A DNA stretch of 63,185 nucleotides, the filler included. It is 3 parts of 3 records of this genome, joined end to end, with 100 filler letters (N's around TTAATTAATTAA, not from the genome) between each part and the next. Parts side by side here need not be neighbours in the genome. Positions count along the whole stretch, not along the records: positions 1 to 28,158 come from SRR31147125_4569; 2 more parts are not named here. The stretch is one strand, 5' to 3'. Under the pieces are notes generated by a model. That model had not been told where the DNA came from. It saw nothing but the letters and a program-made list of their open reading frames with translations, and ran no database searches. Shown piece by piece: positions 10,364 to 20,571 of the stretch (position 1 is the first letter of the stretch; each line of letters starts with the position of its first letter). Both the position numbers and the translations under genes were made by a program.

Positions 10364-12271
10364 CTATGCCTGCACTTTTGCCAGCTGTACCTGTTTCTTG
10401 CCCCGGTACAGCATAAAAGAGAGGCCGGCGAACACACCAAAGGCAACAAGCAGCATTATCGGCTGATGGGTCATTTCCCTGAAAGAGCATAAAAAGGCCG
10501 CTACCATGGCCAGACAGATGCTGATGATTCGGCCAATGGTTCCCATCTTTTTGAACAAATAGCCGCTCAGCCCTCCTGCAGACAGAATTACGCAAATCAG
10601 AAGCAGGCAGCAGACGGTGAGAATTCCGATCACATTGCCTTGCATCAACAGTGCTTCGTTATAAACGAATACGTAGGGAACGATGAAGGCCACCAGAGCA
10701 AGTTTCAGTGATTCGAAACCGGTCTCCAGCGGCTTGGCGCCGGCAATTGCTGCACCGCAATAGGCTGCTATGCAGACAGGCGGTGTGACCCCTGCTAAAA
10801 TTGCAAAATAGTAAACAAACATATGCGAGGCCAGCAGTTCGCAGTTCATCGCCAGAAGTGCGGGACCTCCAATGGTGATTGCGATGATATAGGCTGGTGT
10901 ACAGGGAAGTCCCATGCCAAGTGTCAGTGAGGTGATCATTATCAGCAGTAAAGCCGGAACGAGATGTCCGCCTGACCAGTTGGTTATGACCGTGGCGATA
11001 CCCAGAGCCAGCCCGGTATGAGTGACAATGCTGACAACCATTCCGGCGCCGGCACAAGCCATGGCAATCATGATCATATTCTGACCACCGAGCCTGAGCG
11101 TCTCCCATGTCCTTTTGGGAGTCATTCGTGACTCTTTCTTAAAGAAGCTGGAAACAAAACAGATAGCGATGGCCAGCATTGCCGCCCTGAATGGAGAATA
11201 GCCAATAAGGAGCATAACCACGAGAGCAACCATCGGTATCAGCAGATACGTATCTTTAAGGATGGCAGAGAGGGGTTTGAGATCTTCCTCTTCCATGCCT
11301 TTCAGTTCATCTCTGAGAGCCGTGAAGTGTACCCGGTAGATCAGGCTGATGTAGTAGAGAATCGAACCAAGCGTTGCAGCGATAATAATTTTCACATAGG
11401 GAATACCGGTTATCTCAGACATGACAAAGGCGCCGGCCCCCATAACCGGCGGCATCATCATTCCACCGACCGAGGCGGAAGCTTCGACGGCGCCGGCAAA
11501 ACTGGACCGATACCCAAGACGTTTCATCAATGGAATGGTAAAGGTTCCTGTCGAGTATACATTGGCGGCTGCGACCCCGCTGATCGAACCGAACAGGCCA
11601 CTGCTGATAACTGCAATCTTGGCTGGGCCGCCCTGGCTTCTGCCGGCGACACGGGAGGCAAGGTCTGTAAAAAAACGACCGGTGTTGGTGGTTTCCATGA
11701 TGGCGCCAAAAATTACGAAGAGCGCGACAAAGGTTGCCGTAACACCTGTTATGGCCCCATAAATCCCTGAATCGGTTATCAGGTAGTGCATTTCAACGAG
11801 ATCGGCAAAGGCTGGTGCCTTACTGTAAAAGACTCCCGGCATCCAGGGAGCGACATACATATAAGCGATAAAGGTGGCAATCAGAATCGCCATGGCAGGC
11901 ACGACTGCTCTTCTGATAGCTTCAAGTAAGAGGACGATATTCAGGGTACCGAGGATCAGCTCAATGGGCAGTACCGGATCGATAAATTTCAGCCGTTCCG
12001 TCAGGTAGTCGTTGTTGATGATCAGGTAGATAGGCGGCAGCAGGGCAAGACCGGCACAGATCCAATCGTAAATCGGCACCTTGTTGTTCACGATATCTTT
12101 TTTTACGGCAGGGAAGAGAATGAAAGCGGCGGGAAGGAGAAACATGAGATGGATACCGCGCTGCGGCCTCGGCTGCAGGATACCGAACATTGCCGTATAG
12201 AGCTGATAAAGCGACAGCGCAACCAGCCACCCCCCGATAAGCCAATTTGTAACGCCACTGAACTGCCGCAT
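10364..12271 (-). CDS. TAXI-type TRAP transporter fused permease (4TM/12TM)
   Basis: GGPAKIAV, GTFTIPLMK, MPPVMGAGAF, LGMGLP and TPPVC. GAGGAG RBS before MRQFSG. Confidence 0.9.
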   Translation of the reverse strand: MRQFSGVTNWLIGGWLVALSLYQLYTAMFGILQPRPQRGIHLMFLLPAAFILFPAVKKDIVNNKVPIYDWICAGLALLPPIYLIINNDYLTERLKFIDPVLPIELILGTLNIVLLLEAIRRAVVPAMAILIATFIAYMYVAPWMPGVFYSKAPAFADLVEMHYLITDSGIYGAITGVTATFVALFVIFGAIMETTNTGRFFTDLASRVAGRSQGGPAKIAVISSGLFGSISGVAAANVYSTGTFTIPLMKRLGYRSSFAGAVEASASVGGMMMPPVMGAGAFVMSEITGIPYVKIIIAATLGSILYYISLIYRVHFTALRDELKGMEEEDLKPLSAILKDTYLLIPMVALVVMLLIGYSPFRAAMLAIAICFVSSFFKKESRMTPKRTWETLRLGGQNMIMIAMACAGAGMVVSIVTHTGLALGIATVITNWSGGHLVPALLLIMITSLTLGMGLPCTPAYIIAITIGGPALLAMNCELLASHMFVYYFAILAGVTPPVCIAAYCGAAIAGAKPLETGFESLKLALVAFIVPYVFVYNEALLMQGNVIGILTVCCLLLICVILSAGGLSGYLFKKMGTIGRIISICLAMVAAFLCSFREMTHQPIMLLVAFGVFAGLSFMLYRGKKQVQLAKVQA

Positions 12272-12398
12272 TATCTCCTCCTCTGTTTCAGACTGTCTGT
12301 ACACAGTCAATGCTGCAGCCGGTAGTTACTGATTGTCCGGTGTCCGGCTACAGCATCGTTATGTGAAACGGTACGTTTCGGTTAAAAAGGGGCAGGGT

Positions 12399-13424
12399 TT
12401 ACTTCATAAACCCACCTTCTTTGTAGTACCTTTCAGCACCCGGATGGAGAGGAACCGCAACACCTTTCCACCCTGTTTCGGGCAAAAAGGTTCTGTTTTT
12501 GTTGTTGATTTGATGAACTTCTTCGATGTTGTCGCCAATTACTTTGAGAATGGTGTAGGCAACGATCTCGGGTACGTCTTTGCTAGCCAGCAACTCAGCA
12601 GCGGTGGGCACTGCAGGAACGTCATTGGGGTTGTTCTTGTAGGTGCCGCCCTTGATCTGGGCTTTTCCGGAAGCGGTGTCGATCGTACCGAGTTCCTTGG
12701 CAAGCTTGTCGATACACTCTGTTGACGTTTCCAGCAGTACACTGTCACGGCTCATAGTCATTTCAGTAATTGCCGCACCAGGCAGCGCCAGATGGGTGAA
12801 TACAAAGTCGACATGTCTATCCTTGTAGAGGCTGACCATATCGGCATAAACCGCCTGCTGAATCTGTCCCCCGGCCTTCTCGATATCTTCAAAGCTAATA
12901 CCGTAAAAAGCCAGTATCTGCTTGATAAGCGGAAGGTCGGAAGTCCCCTTCATCGGTGCAGCCACTTTCACTTTTTTTCCAGCTTTAACAGCATCGGCCA
13001 GATCCTGAACCGTTTTCATTTCCTGGTCGGCAGAAGCCAATACATGAATATAGGAAATTCCGAAGATACCACCCATCGATCTGAAGTTGGGATGTGCTTC
13101 TTTGTAGACCGGAGCCATACCTGTATAGGCCATTTTATCAACAAACGTTACGCCCCAGGCCAGTCCATCTTTACCTTTTGAGAGACGTACGGGATTAGCA
13201 ACGCCTCCGCCGGGTACTACTTTGAGGATGATTTTTGGTTCTTTTTCTGTGATCAGGCGTGCCAGGCCGCCGGCCTGGGCATACCAGCCGCCGCCAACGC
13301 CGCCTGCTACCCAGGTCATGGTCGTGGGCTTGAGTTCCTCCGCTGCCGTTAGTGTTGCCATGCCACACACGATGAATGCGGTCATTGCCAAAAGCGATAG
13401 CGTTTCGAATAGACGTTTCTTCAT
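12399..13424 (-). CDS. TAXI family TRAP solute-binding protein
   Basis: Signal peptide, GGVGGGWY and C-terminal VPLHPGAERYYKE. Confidence 0.9.
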   Translation of the reverse strand: MKKRLFETLSLLAMTAFIVCGMATLTAAEELKPTTMTWVAGGVGGGWYAQAGGLARLITEKEPKIILKVVPGGGVANPVRLSKGKDGLAWGVTFVDKMAYTGMAPVYKEAHPNFRSMGGIFGISYIHVLASADQEMKTVQDLADAVKAGKKVKVAAPMKGTSDLPLIKQILAFYGISFEDIEKAGGQIQQAVYADMVSLYKDRHVDFVFTHLALPGAAITEMTMSRDSVLLETSTECIDKLAKELGTIDTASGKAQIKGGTYKNNPNDVPAVPTAAELLASKDVPEIVAYTILKVIGDNIEEVHQINNKNRTFLPETGWKGVAVPLHPGAERYYKEGGFMK

Positions 13425-13980
13425 TTTACCCTCCTCTTGATTGGTGACGAACAATGGTCCAAGTAGTTCGTATCCACTTGTTGCCTTTGTGGACAGGTCT
13501 GTCGCTTTCAGTTTGGAATCATTGTTTTCTTGTAAATTCAGCTACTTCATGGGATTGAGTGGCTGAATTTGGTTCACGTGCAACACAAAAGATACGATAA
13601 CAACCAGAGAAATCAGTCAGTCTTTATTATTTAGTATAAAATTTTATTTATTATATTATAAATAGACTGTCAAGCCTTATTTCTATTTATGAATTCCACG
13701 AGTGGAATAAGAGACGAGAAATTCTAACGTGGTTCTTGAGGGTATCAAATGCAACGTAATATTAATGAGATACCTGCATCGAACGATGAGAGATAGGTGC
13801 TTTATCGTTTCGCTAGTGACAAATTGCTGAGGCCTGAGCGGTCAGATTGTCATTTAAATATAATTTTAATATATTATAATAAGCGCCTGAGTAGTCTCTG
13901 TTATGGAGCTGCAAGGAGTGGCTTTTCGGTGCTGCTTTTAGAGGAGTCAGTATTGAAACTAAGAAAGTGAATATGAACCA

Positions 13981-14718
13981 ATGGCGAAAATACGTAAAAT
14001 AAACGGCAAGATGATCGATCAGGATCGCAAGGCCTACCTGGGGATCTGCCAGATGCTTTTCAACAATGAACTCCATCCCGGACAGAAAATTGCCAATAAA
14101 GACCTTGCACAGCGCCTAGGGGTGAGTACGACTCCTATCATCCACGCACTCAAGTTACTTGAGCATAAAGGGATTACGCACAGGGAAACAAACAGAGGTT
14201 ATTTCATCAACACCATCACGGTACAGGAAGTTGAGGAGATATTTGATGCCCGGATTGCAATAGAAGTATCGTTACTCGACAGAACAATTCAGTATCTTAA
14301 CCGAGAAGCGCTGAAGAAACTGAAAGATGCGTTGCGAGCTCACGACGAGGCCGTCGCGCTGAATGACAATTCCAAACGGGTCATGACCGATCTTCGGTTT
14401 CATATGACATTAGCGTCGCTTTCAAGAACCAATATACAGGTAGCTCTGCTGGAAGATCTCTTTGATCGATTGTTACTCAAATATAGTCAAGACCTATTCA
14501 ATGTCAGTGTTATCGAGACATCTCAGGCTGAACATTACGCCTTCATGGATGCGGTCAAAAAGAAAGACCTTGATCTCATGGCAGAAACCCTGGCCTATCA
14601 CCTGAATCAGACCAAAATACGAATCACTCAGGGTTTGGCCATGAACTTGAGTCAAGACGAGAGGCCTGTCAGCAAATACCACTCATTCAAAGATATTAAA
14701 GATGGTGTAATTCCCTGA
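13981..14718 (+). CDS. GntR/FCD family transcriptional regulator, divergent from the catabolic operon
   Basis: LHPGQKI..DLAQRLGVSTTPI winged HTH; FCD motifs DLRFH and EH. Confidence 0.88.
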   Translation: MAKIRKINGKMIDQDRKAYLGICQMLFNNELHPGQKIANKDLAQRLGVSTTPIIHALKLLEHKGITHRETNRGYFINTITVQEVEEIFDARIAIEVSLLDRTIQYLNREALKKLKDALRAHDEAVALNDNSKRVMTDLRFHMTLASLSRTNIQVALLEDLFDRLLLKYSQDLFNVSVIETSQAEHYAFMDAVKKKDLDLMAETLAYHLNQTKIRITQGLAMNLSQDERPVSKYHSFKDIKDGVIP

Positions 14719-15042
14719 TGTAACAGCTTGAAGTATAGAGCAGGGCATTGATCATACTGGGTACTTTCGTGGCACCCGAAGTGGCGAAAATTCCAACGTC
14801 CTGATCTGGCAACAGAAGGTGAATATCGGCGTAAACCGCCTGATAGTAATATATCAAAGAGCAAAATAAGGACGAACAGGTCGTCATATGTCTCAAGGAC
14901 AGCACAATTATGAAACTCTAAAGTTTAGTCTTGGTAACATCAATCAAATATTTCCGTAATTTGAAGACCTTGTTCTCGAAGCCACCCATGCCATCTCGGC
15001 TGGTGCCATCAATGTGCCCCAGATAGTTTCCAATTACTTTTG

Positions 15043-16122
15043 CTAATTTTCTGAAATTTTTTTCCTCGAAAAAAATGAGGTAATGTTACTGAACATGTTT
15101 GTGATCCTGCGAAGCGGCGAAGCCGGCAACAACCCAGTATTTTCAATACGATCGTTTTCAGAATAAGTCGGTAATCGTCTCAATATTTCTTTGAGCTTAC
15201 ACTCCTGTTCATACCGGATATCCTCTGCTTCTTGCACACTGACAGATTTGAATTGTATACTCTTTTGCGGTTGCATTCGCCCTAGTTTTGGCAGATCTGA
15301 GGATATAATGTTTGCGATCTTCGGGTATCCTCCGGTCAATTGATGGTCGTTGAACAAAATGATCGGCAATCCATTACCGGGCACTTGAATCGCACCGGTC
15401 ACAATGCCATCGGAAACAATATTAAACCCCTTCGAGTGTTTGAGTTCCGGCCCTTCAAGGCGCAATCCCACCCGATCAGATTTGAAAGAAATGAGGTATG
15501 GTTTCTCCAGAAAGGTCTGGATGCTTTCAGGTTCAAAATAATCGTCTTGTGGTCCAAGAACTACTCGAATGATATCGTCAGAAACAAGATCGACAGGCCG
15601 ATCCAATACCTGCTCATCCCTAATCGATACCGATGCGTTTACAAGAGGAAGCTCGTCATCTTTATGAAGTTGTCGTCCCTTGAAACCACCAATACCACCA
15701 AGAAGAAATGTAGATTTACTGTCAAGTACGTTAGGAATGGCAAACCCGCCTTCGATGGCCAGCCCTCCCCCGAAGGTGTCAACTGTATTGGTTACCTTGA
15801 AAACAGTTCCTCTTTCTAGCCGGACACTATGCCAGGCAGATATGGTGCGTTGATCAGGTTTAACAACTTCTATGTACCCGGTGTCTGTTCCAAATAACAA
15901 AACACGAACAGAATCCGACATTACCTCAAGCATTGGACCTTGCAGAGAAATCTCCAAGCCCTCAGTATTTTCAGGATTACCGGTAATAGCATTACCGATG
16001 CGTAGGCTGACAGCATCCCGTATTCCCGAAACCGGAACCCCCATGGCTTGATACCCTTGACGTCCCAAGTCCTGAACTGTTGTGCATAATCCGGGTTCCA
16101 CTACACGTAAATGAGGCTTCAT
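15043..16122 (-). CDS. pxpC: 5-oxoprolinase subunit C (carboxyltransferase family)
   Basis: TTVQDLGR.GY, LGPQDDYF, SDRVGLRL, GAIQVPGNGLPI and TGGYPKI. Confidence 0.85.
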   Translation of the reverse strand: MKPHLRVVEPGLCTTVQDLGRQGYQAMGVPVSGIRDAVSLRIGNAITGNPENTEGLEISLQGPMLEVMSDSVRVLLFGTDTGYIEVVKPDQRTISAWHSVRLERGTVFKVTNTVDTFGGGLAIEGGFAIPNVLDSKSTFLLGGIGGFKGRQLHKDDELPLVNASVSIRDEQVLDRPVDLVSDDIIRVVLGPQDDYFEPESIQTFLEKPYLISFKSDRVGLRLEGPELKHSKGFNIVSDGIVTGAIQVPGNGLPIILFNDHQLTGGYPKIANIISSDLPKLGRMQPQKSIQFKSVSVQEAEDIRYEQECKLKEILRRLPTYSENDRIENTGLLPASPLRRITNMFSNITSFFSRKKISEN

Positions 16123-16847
16123 ATTTTCACCTCATCAAAGTCTGGCTGATATTCATTGGCAGCCACACGATCCTGGAGATCTTTGAATTCTTTTTTCTCG
16201 ATTGCATAAAAATTAATTCGATCACCAGCTGTGAAACGGGCCGGCGGTCTGTTCCTGATGTCAAAAAGAAGAACGGGGGTTCTCCCCATAACGTTCCATC
16301 CACCAGGAGAGGTAATAGCATGAACCACTGACAGTCCTTGAGCAGTGCAAACGGCTCCCGCATCTAACCGCACCCGAGGATTTTGTTTTCGAGATAAAAC
16401 TTTCATATAGTCGGGAAGGTCTCCTAAATAGAGGTGCCCCATAAAAAAACCAACCATATAAACAAAAAACTGGGTTGAGGAGAAATCCTCAATCAGTTTG
16501 TCGACAGGCTTATCGACTGTCTCACTCACCTCTATGATATCCCACCCGAATTCTGGGTCGAAGCAGACCGGTACTTGCCATTGCTTAGGCTGAAACTGTA
16601 CCTTTTCCGATGAGTCAGCAATATCTTGTAATTGCTGTATTAACTTATTTTGTCTGACTTGCAGGGGATCATAATGTACCAGCAATGCCCGATATGATGG
16701 AACCGTCTCAACGACTCCTGGTATCAAGGCCTTTTCTATAATAGCTTTTAAAGACAATATTTCTATGCATGTCTCCCTCTTGATATCGAACCCGAGCTGG
16801 ATAGAGATTGCGGTATCGCCGCATGGGAAAAATTCTAAATTCTTCAT
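16119..16847 (-). CDS. pxpB: 5-oxoprolinase subunit B
   Basis: GDTAI, ETVPSYRALLVHYDP, VYMVGF and SPGGWNVMGRTP. Confidence 0.85.
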   Translation of the reverse strand: MKNLEFFPCGDTAISIQLGFDIKRETCIEILSLKAIIEKALIPGVVETVPSYRALLVHYDPLQVRQNKLIQQLQDIADSSEKVQFQPKQWQVPVCFDPEFGWDIIEVSETVDKPVDKLIEDFSSTQFFVYMVGFFMGHLYLGDLPDYMKVLSRKQNPRVRLDAGAVCTAQGLSVVHAITSPGGWNVMGRTPVLLFDIRNRPPARFTAGDRINFYAIEKKEFKDLQDRVAANEYQPDFDEVKI

Positions 16848-16919
16848 TGTTGGTAGGTTAGATGCTGTTATGCAGTCTTGTATTCGTTTGCAAATTTAAT
16901 TCATCCGAGTTCTAAGGTT

Positions 16920-17487
16920 TACCCCCCGCCTTTAGCCGGGTAGCTTTAAGCTAGCAGTTTGTATATAAAATTTGGCATGGAATACCTTTAAGGCAGTCAT
17001 ATCAAGTATAAAATCAAATATCATTTTGTATGAGCCACGAAATAGCGTTATCAGGTTTTGAATGGTGAGCTTGCTGAACGAGTGAGAGAACTTGTTCGTC
17101 AAACCTGTAAAGTATTCGAGATTCAAATATTGCGTGGAGTTGTTAACAAAGGTCATGTGCGCATTCTGGTATCTGCCCCACCGAATATATCTCCGTCGAA
17201 GATAATGCGTCGGTTAAAAGGTTGTACATTGCGCAAAATGTTTGAAGAATTTCCTTATGTTAAAAACGACATTGGGGAAGACATTTTTGGGAATGCGGCT
17301 ATTTCTGTGTAACAGCCGGCGAGCTTACAAAAGAGATGATAAAAGATTATTTGGCACATCATTTCGAACGTGATCCTAATGATGGATTTGATATTGACTC
17401 ATAATTTAACCGGCAGTTTAGCCTGCCGGTATTGCAGGGCTTTCAGTTCGCGAACTTAAACCCACCTACTTCAATTAGGTGGGTTTT
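16920..17487 (+). mobile_element. tnpA: decayed IS200/IS605-family element (tnpA pseudogene) inserted between pxpA and pxpB
   Basis: From ATG 16977 the frame reads YHFV*ATK*RYQVL...GHVRIL...SKIMRRLKG, a Y1 HUH transposase with several stops and a frameshift. Subterminal hairpins at 17410-17429 and 17457-17487. Confidence 0.8.
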
Positions 17488-17530
17488 TAGTATTATCAAT
17501 GACTATTCACGCAGCACTGCCACATTTGTT

Positions 17531-18283
17531 TTACGAGACTTCCCGATTGGTGTTAGCTTTATCAAGTATTTCTCTAATCTTTGCAATCTGCTTTATTCCT
17601 GCTTCCGTATCACCATGGACGCAGAGAGAGTCAATTGGAAATTGCAATTCTTTGCCGGTTACGGCAACAATTGGGTTGCTTTGACAAAGAGATTCAACAC
17701 GTTGTAAAATTTCCTCTCCAGACAGAACCGCGCCACTGAGGCGACGGTTACGTAAGCTACCATCTTCCTCATATGCTCGATCAGCATACCCTTCCCATAG
17801 CAATGACACTCCATATTCTGAAGCCAAGGCTTGATGTTCCTTCCACCGTGGTGTTCCATGAACCATCAACTTCAGATCAGAGTTATAATCCGCTATGGCC
17901 TTAATTACTGCAGTGAAAAGTTCATTATCCTTCATCATTGTATTGGCCATCGCGCCATGAGATTTAACGAAAGAAAGGGTCGTGCCAGCAGCACGACAAA
18001 ATGCATTGAGAGCACCAGCCTGGTAAATAACCATCTGCCGCACCTCATCCATACTTACCCCCATGTTTCTACGACCAAACCCTTGTAAATCTGGGTAAGA
18101 AGGGTGAGCCCCTATTTCGACATTATACTTTTTTGCTGACAACACAGTCTCTTCCATAACAGAAGGATCTCCAGCGTGAAACCCGCATGCAATGTTTGCC
18201 ATGTGTATATAGGGCATAACACCCGCATCATTACCGAGTTTATAGTGACCAAAGCTCTCACCCATATCACAGTTTAATTTCAT
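17531..18283 (-). CDS. pxpA: 5-oxoprolinase subunit A (LamB/YcsF)
   Basis: LNCDMGESFG, ANIACGFHAGDP, GAHPSYPDLQGFGRR and SLCVHGD. Confidence 0.92.
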   Translation of the reverse strand: MKLNCDMGESFGHYKLGNDAGVMPYIHMANIACGFHAGDPSVMEETVLSAKKYNVEIGAHPSYPDLQGFGRRNMGVSMDEVRQMVIYQAGALNAFCRAAGTTLSFVKSHGAMANTMMKDNELFTAVIKAIADYNSDLKLMVHGTPRWKEHQALASEYGVSLLWEGYADRAYEEDGSLRNRRLSGAVLSGEEILQRVESLCQSNPIVAVTGKELQFPIDSLCVHGDTEAGIKQIAKIREILDKANTNREVS

Positions 18284-18656
18284 TGTACGCTCCATTATCA
18301 TGTCAGTTACAGTATCGCCTTATGAAGTAAACACATAACCCGTTCAAGTTATGTAAACATTGCAGAGAAACCCAAAAATTTAACATTCAACAATGTTGAA
18401 ATTTTAATGAATTCTCATATTCTCATTCATGCACTCTTTGAAACTCAATCTATCCTGCGGTGAATGGTAAATTTGTTGAGGAATAAAGCTTTCTGCTCAA
18501 TTACTGATTTATCAGTTTACTCAATGCACCGGACATCCTTTTTACGGCAACTTGTCAATGATTTCAAAAAATATGAGTTTTGCGAGGGACAAGTATGATT
18601 TTCCATTTTTTGCCAAAACCGCACAGCCTTCGATCTTTAAGATGAAGGTTTTGTTA

Positions 18657-19958
18657 TTACCCTTTCAGGGTGATTGCATTCGGCAGAAACATGACGATTT
18701 CAGGATAAATGGCAATAAGCAACGTAAAGAAAACCATGATAAAAAAGAAGGGCATGGCAGCTTTTGCAATCCGCCCAATGCTCTCACCGGTCAACCCCTG
18801 GATTACAAACAGATTAAATCCAACCGGCGGGGTGATTTGCGCCATCTCAACGACCAGTACAACGAAAACGCCAAACCAGATAGGGCTGTACCCCACCGAG
18901 GTGACCAGAGGCAGTGTGATAGAAATTGTCATGACGATACTGGACATTCCCTCCAGGACCATCCCCAGAAAACCATAAAACACGATTAGGAGGCATATTA
19001 ATTGGAATGGCCCAAGATTTAAGGCACTGATCTGTTCTGCAACAAACCGTGGGATGCCGAGAAAACCCATAGCGGTAGAAAGAAACACGGCACCTGTAAC
19101 GATGAGCCCAACCATACTGGTAGTGCGTGCCGCTCCCATGACGGCAGTTTTAAAGTTGCTGAAATTCAGTGAGCGTTGCAGCAAACCGACGAGAATAGCA
19201 CCAAATACACCAACAGCGGCGGCTTCGGTAGGGCTGGCAAGACCACCATACATGGTTCCCAATACCGAAAGGATAAGGAATAGAACCGGCCCCAGATGCT
19301 TCAGTGCCCGAAAACGATCCCCCCATGTAATGCCTTCTTCTTTCTCACCGACGACGTCCGGCTGTAGCTTGGAAAGGATGCCAAGATACAACATGTAGGA
19401 ACCAGAGAGGCATAATCCCGGAATCACTCCAGCTATGAATAGCTTCAAAATGGATTCCTGTGCCAACACCCCGTATATTATCATAATAGTACTAGGGGGG
19501 ATTAGGAAGCCGAGGGTTCCGGCTCCGGCCAGAGAGCCCATGGCGATATCTTTGTTATATTTTCGGGTAATCAGTTCATTGAGCGTAATACGTCCCACCG
19601 TGGCGGTTGTGGCGGCGGACGAACCCGAAATTGCGGCAAAAAGGGTACATCCCAGGATATTGATGTGTAGCAGTCTTCCAGGAAGCCAGGTCGTCCAGGG
19701 GGATAAGCCCTGGAACAAAGAAGAGGACAAGCGTGTTCGGTAAAGGATTTCCGCCATGAATATAAACAGCGGCAGCGCGAGCAGTTCGGTGCTTGTCAGG
19801 GTGTTCCAGGTGACTTGGGCCAATAGCTTATCGGTGGGCAGGTCTTTAAAAATTAGGAGCGGTAGAATACCAACTCCATAGAGACCAATACCAACCCAGA
19901 CTCCGACACCAAGGATCACGACGAGAAAAAAGATAACAGATGCGGCGGCAATATTCAT
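18657..19958 (-). CDS. dctM: TRAP transporter large permease
   Basis: FAAISGSSAAT, GTLGFLIPPS and ITPPVGFNLFV. Confidence 0.9.
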   Translation of the reverse strand: MNIAAASVIFFLVVILGVGVWVGIGLYGVGILPLLIFKDLPTDKLLAQVTWNTLTSTELLALPLFIFMAEILYRTRLSSSLFQGLSPWTTWLPGRLLHINILGCTLFAAISGSSAATTATVGRITLNELITRKYNKDIAMGSLAGAGTLGFLIPPSTIMIIYGVLAQESILKLFIAGVIPGLCLSGSYMLYLGILSKLQPDVVGEKEEGITWGDRFRALKHLGPVLFLILSVLGTMYGGLASPTEAAAVGVFGAILVGLLQRSLNFSNFKTAVMGAARTTSMVGLIVTGAVFLSTAMGFLGIPRFVAEQISALNLGPFQLICLLIVFYGFLGMVLEGMSSIVMTISITLPLVTSVGYSPIWFGVFVVLVVEMAQITPPVGFNLFVIQGLTGESIGRIAKAAMPFFFIMVFFTLLIAIYPEIVMFLPNAITLKG

Positions 19959-19963
19959 AATGT

Positions 19964-20488
19964 TTACTCCTGAAGCCCGTCTTGTTCGAGTGGCATGTCT
20001 GGTTCGTCTCCGATAAAGAGCCGGATCAGGCGCGCGAATGTCTGAAGAGTTAATATAAAAGCGCCGATTGTGATCACAGACTGGGGCCACCAGAGAAGTG
20101 TTTCACTGGGCAGGAATGTTCGCGCTTCCCGGATATAGGATTGATAGGTAAAGTTGGCCAGTGCATAGGTCACGAATCCAGCAATAAACATACCGATCGT
20201 CGTTGCAACGATCTCAAAAGCGCGCTGCACTTTTTCAGAAAGCGCTTCGGCCAGAAGGAAAACACGCACATGTCCCTTGACGAGTAGGGTATAGCCGGCA
20301 GTCAGGAAATAAACAGTTGCCATCATGTAGGAACTGTATTCCCAGCTGAACACCATGCTGATACCCAGATAGTTACGGCTGACAACTTCGGTTAACATCA
20401 GAATCGACATCCCTACAAGGCAGGTACCGCCAATTATGCCTGCAACTTTAGAAATCGAGTCTATCGTGCTAACAAATTTTCGAATCAT
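19964..20488 (-). CDS. dctQ: TRAP transporter small permease
   Basis: Four TM segments, EYSSY and GHVRV; lies between dctP and dctM. Confidence 0.88.
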   Translation of the reverse strand: MIRKFVSTIDSISKVAGIIGGTCLVGMSILMLTEVVSRNYLGISMVFSWEYSSYMMATVYFLTAGYTLLVKGHVRVFLLAEALSEKVQRAFEIVATTIGMFIAGFVTYALANFTYQSYIREARTFLPSETLLWWPQSVITIGAFILTLQTFARLIRLFIGDEPDMPLEQDGLQE

Positions 20489-20571
20489 AACAACCTCGTC
20501 AGGGACTGTGGGCAACTGTTACCCGTACCAATGGGCGAAGGTTCGGGTGCTGGATCTATAATCTGAAACCC

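Noticed and set aside
150-13440. Numerous antisense and overlapping ORFs in the ORF track (e.g. 2004-2591, 7751-8305, 9736-10236)
   Set aside because: Shadow ORFs of well-supported genes in GC-rich DNA, with no motifs.
13620-13890. AT-rich palindromes as GntR operators (also 22390-22430)
   Set aside because: Plausible location, but low complexity prevents defining a specific site.
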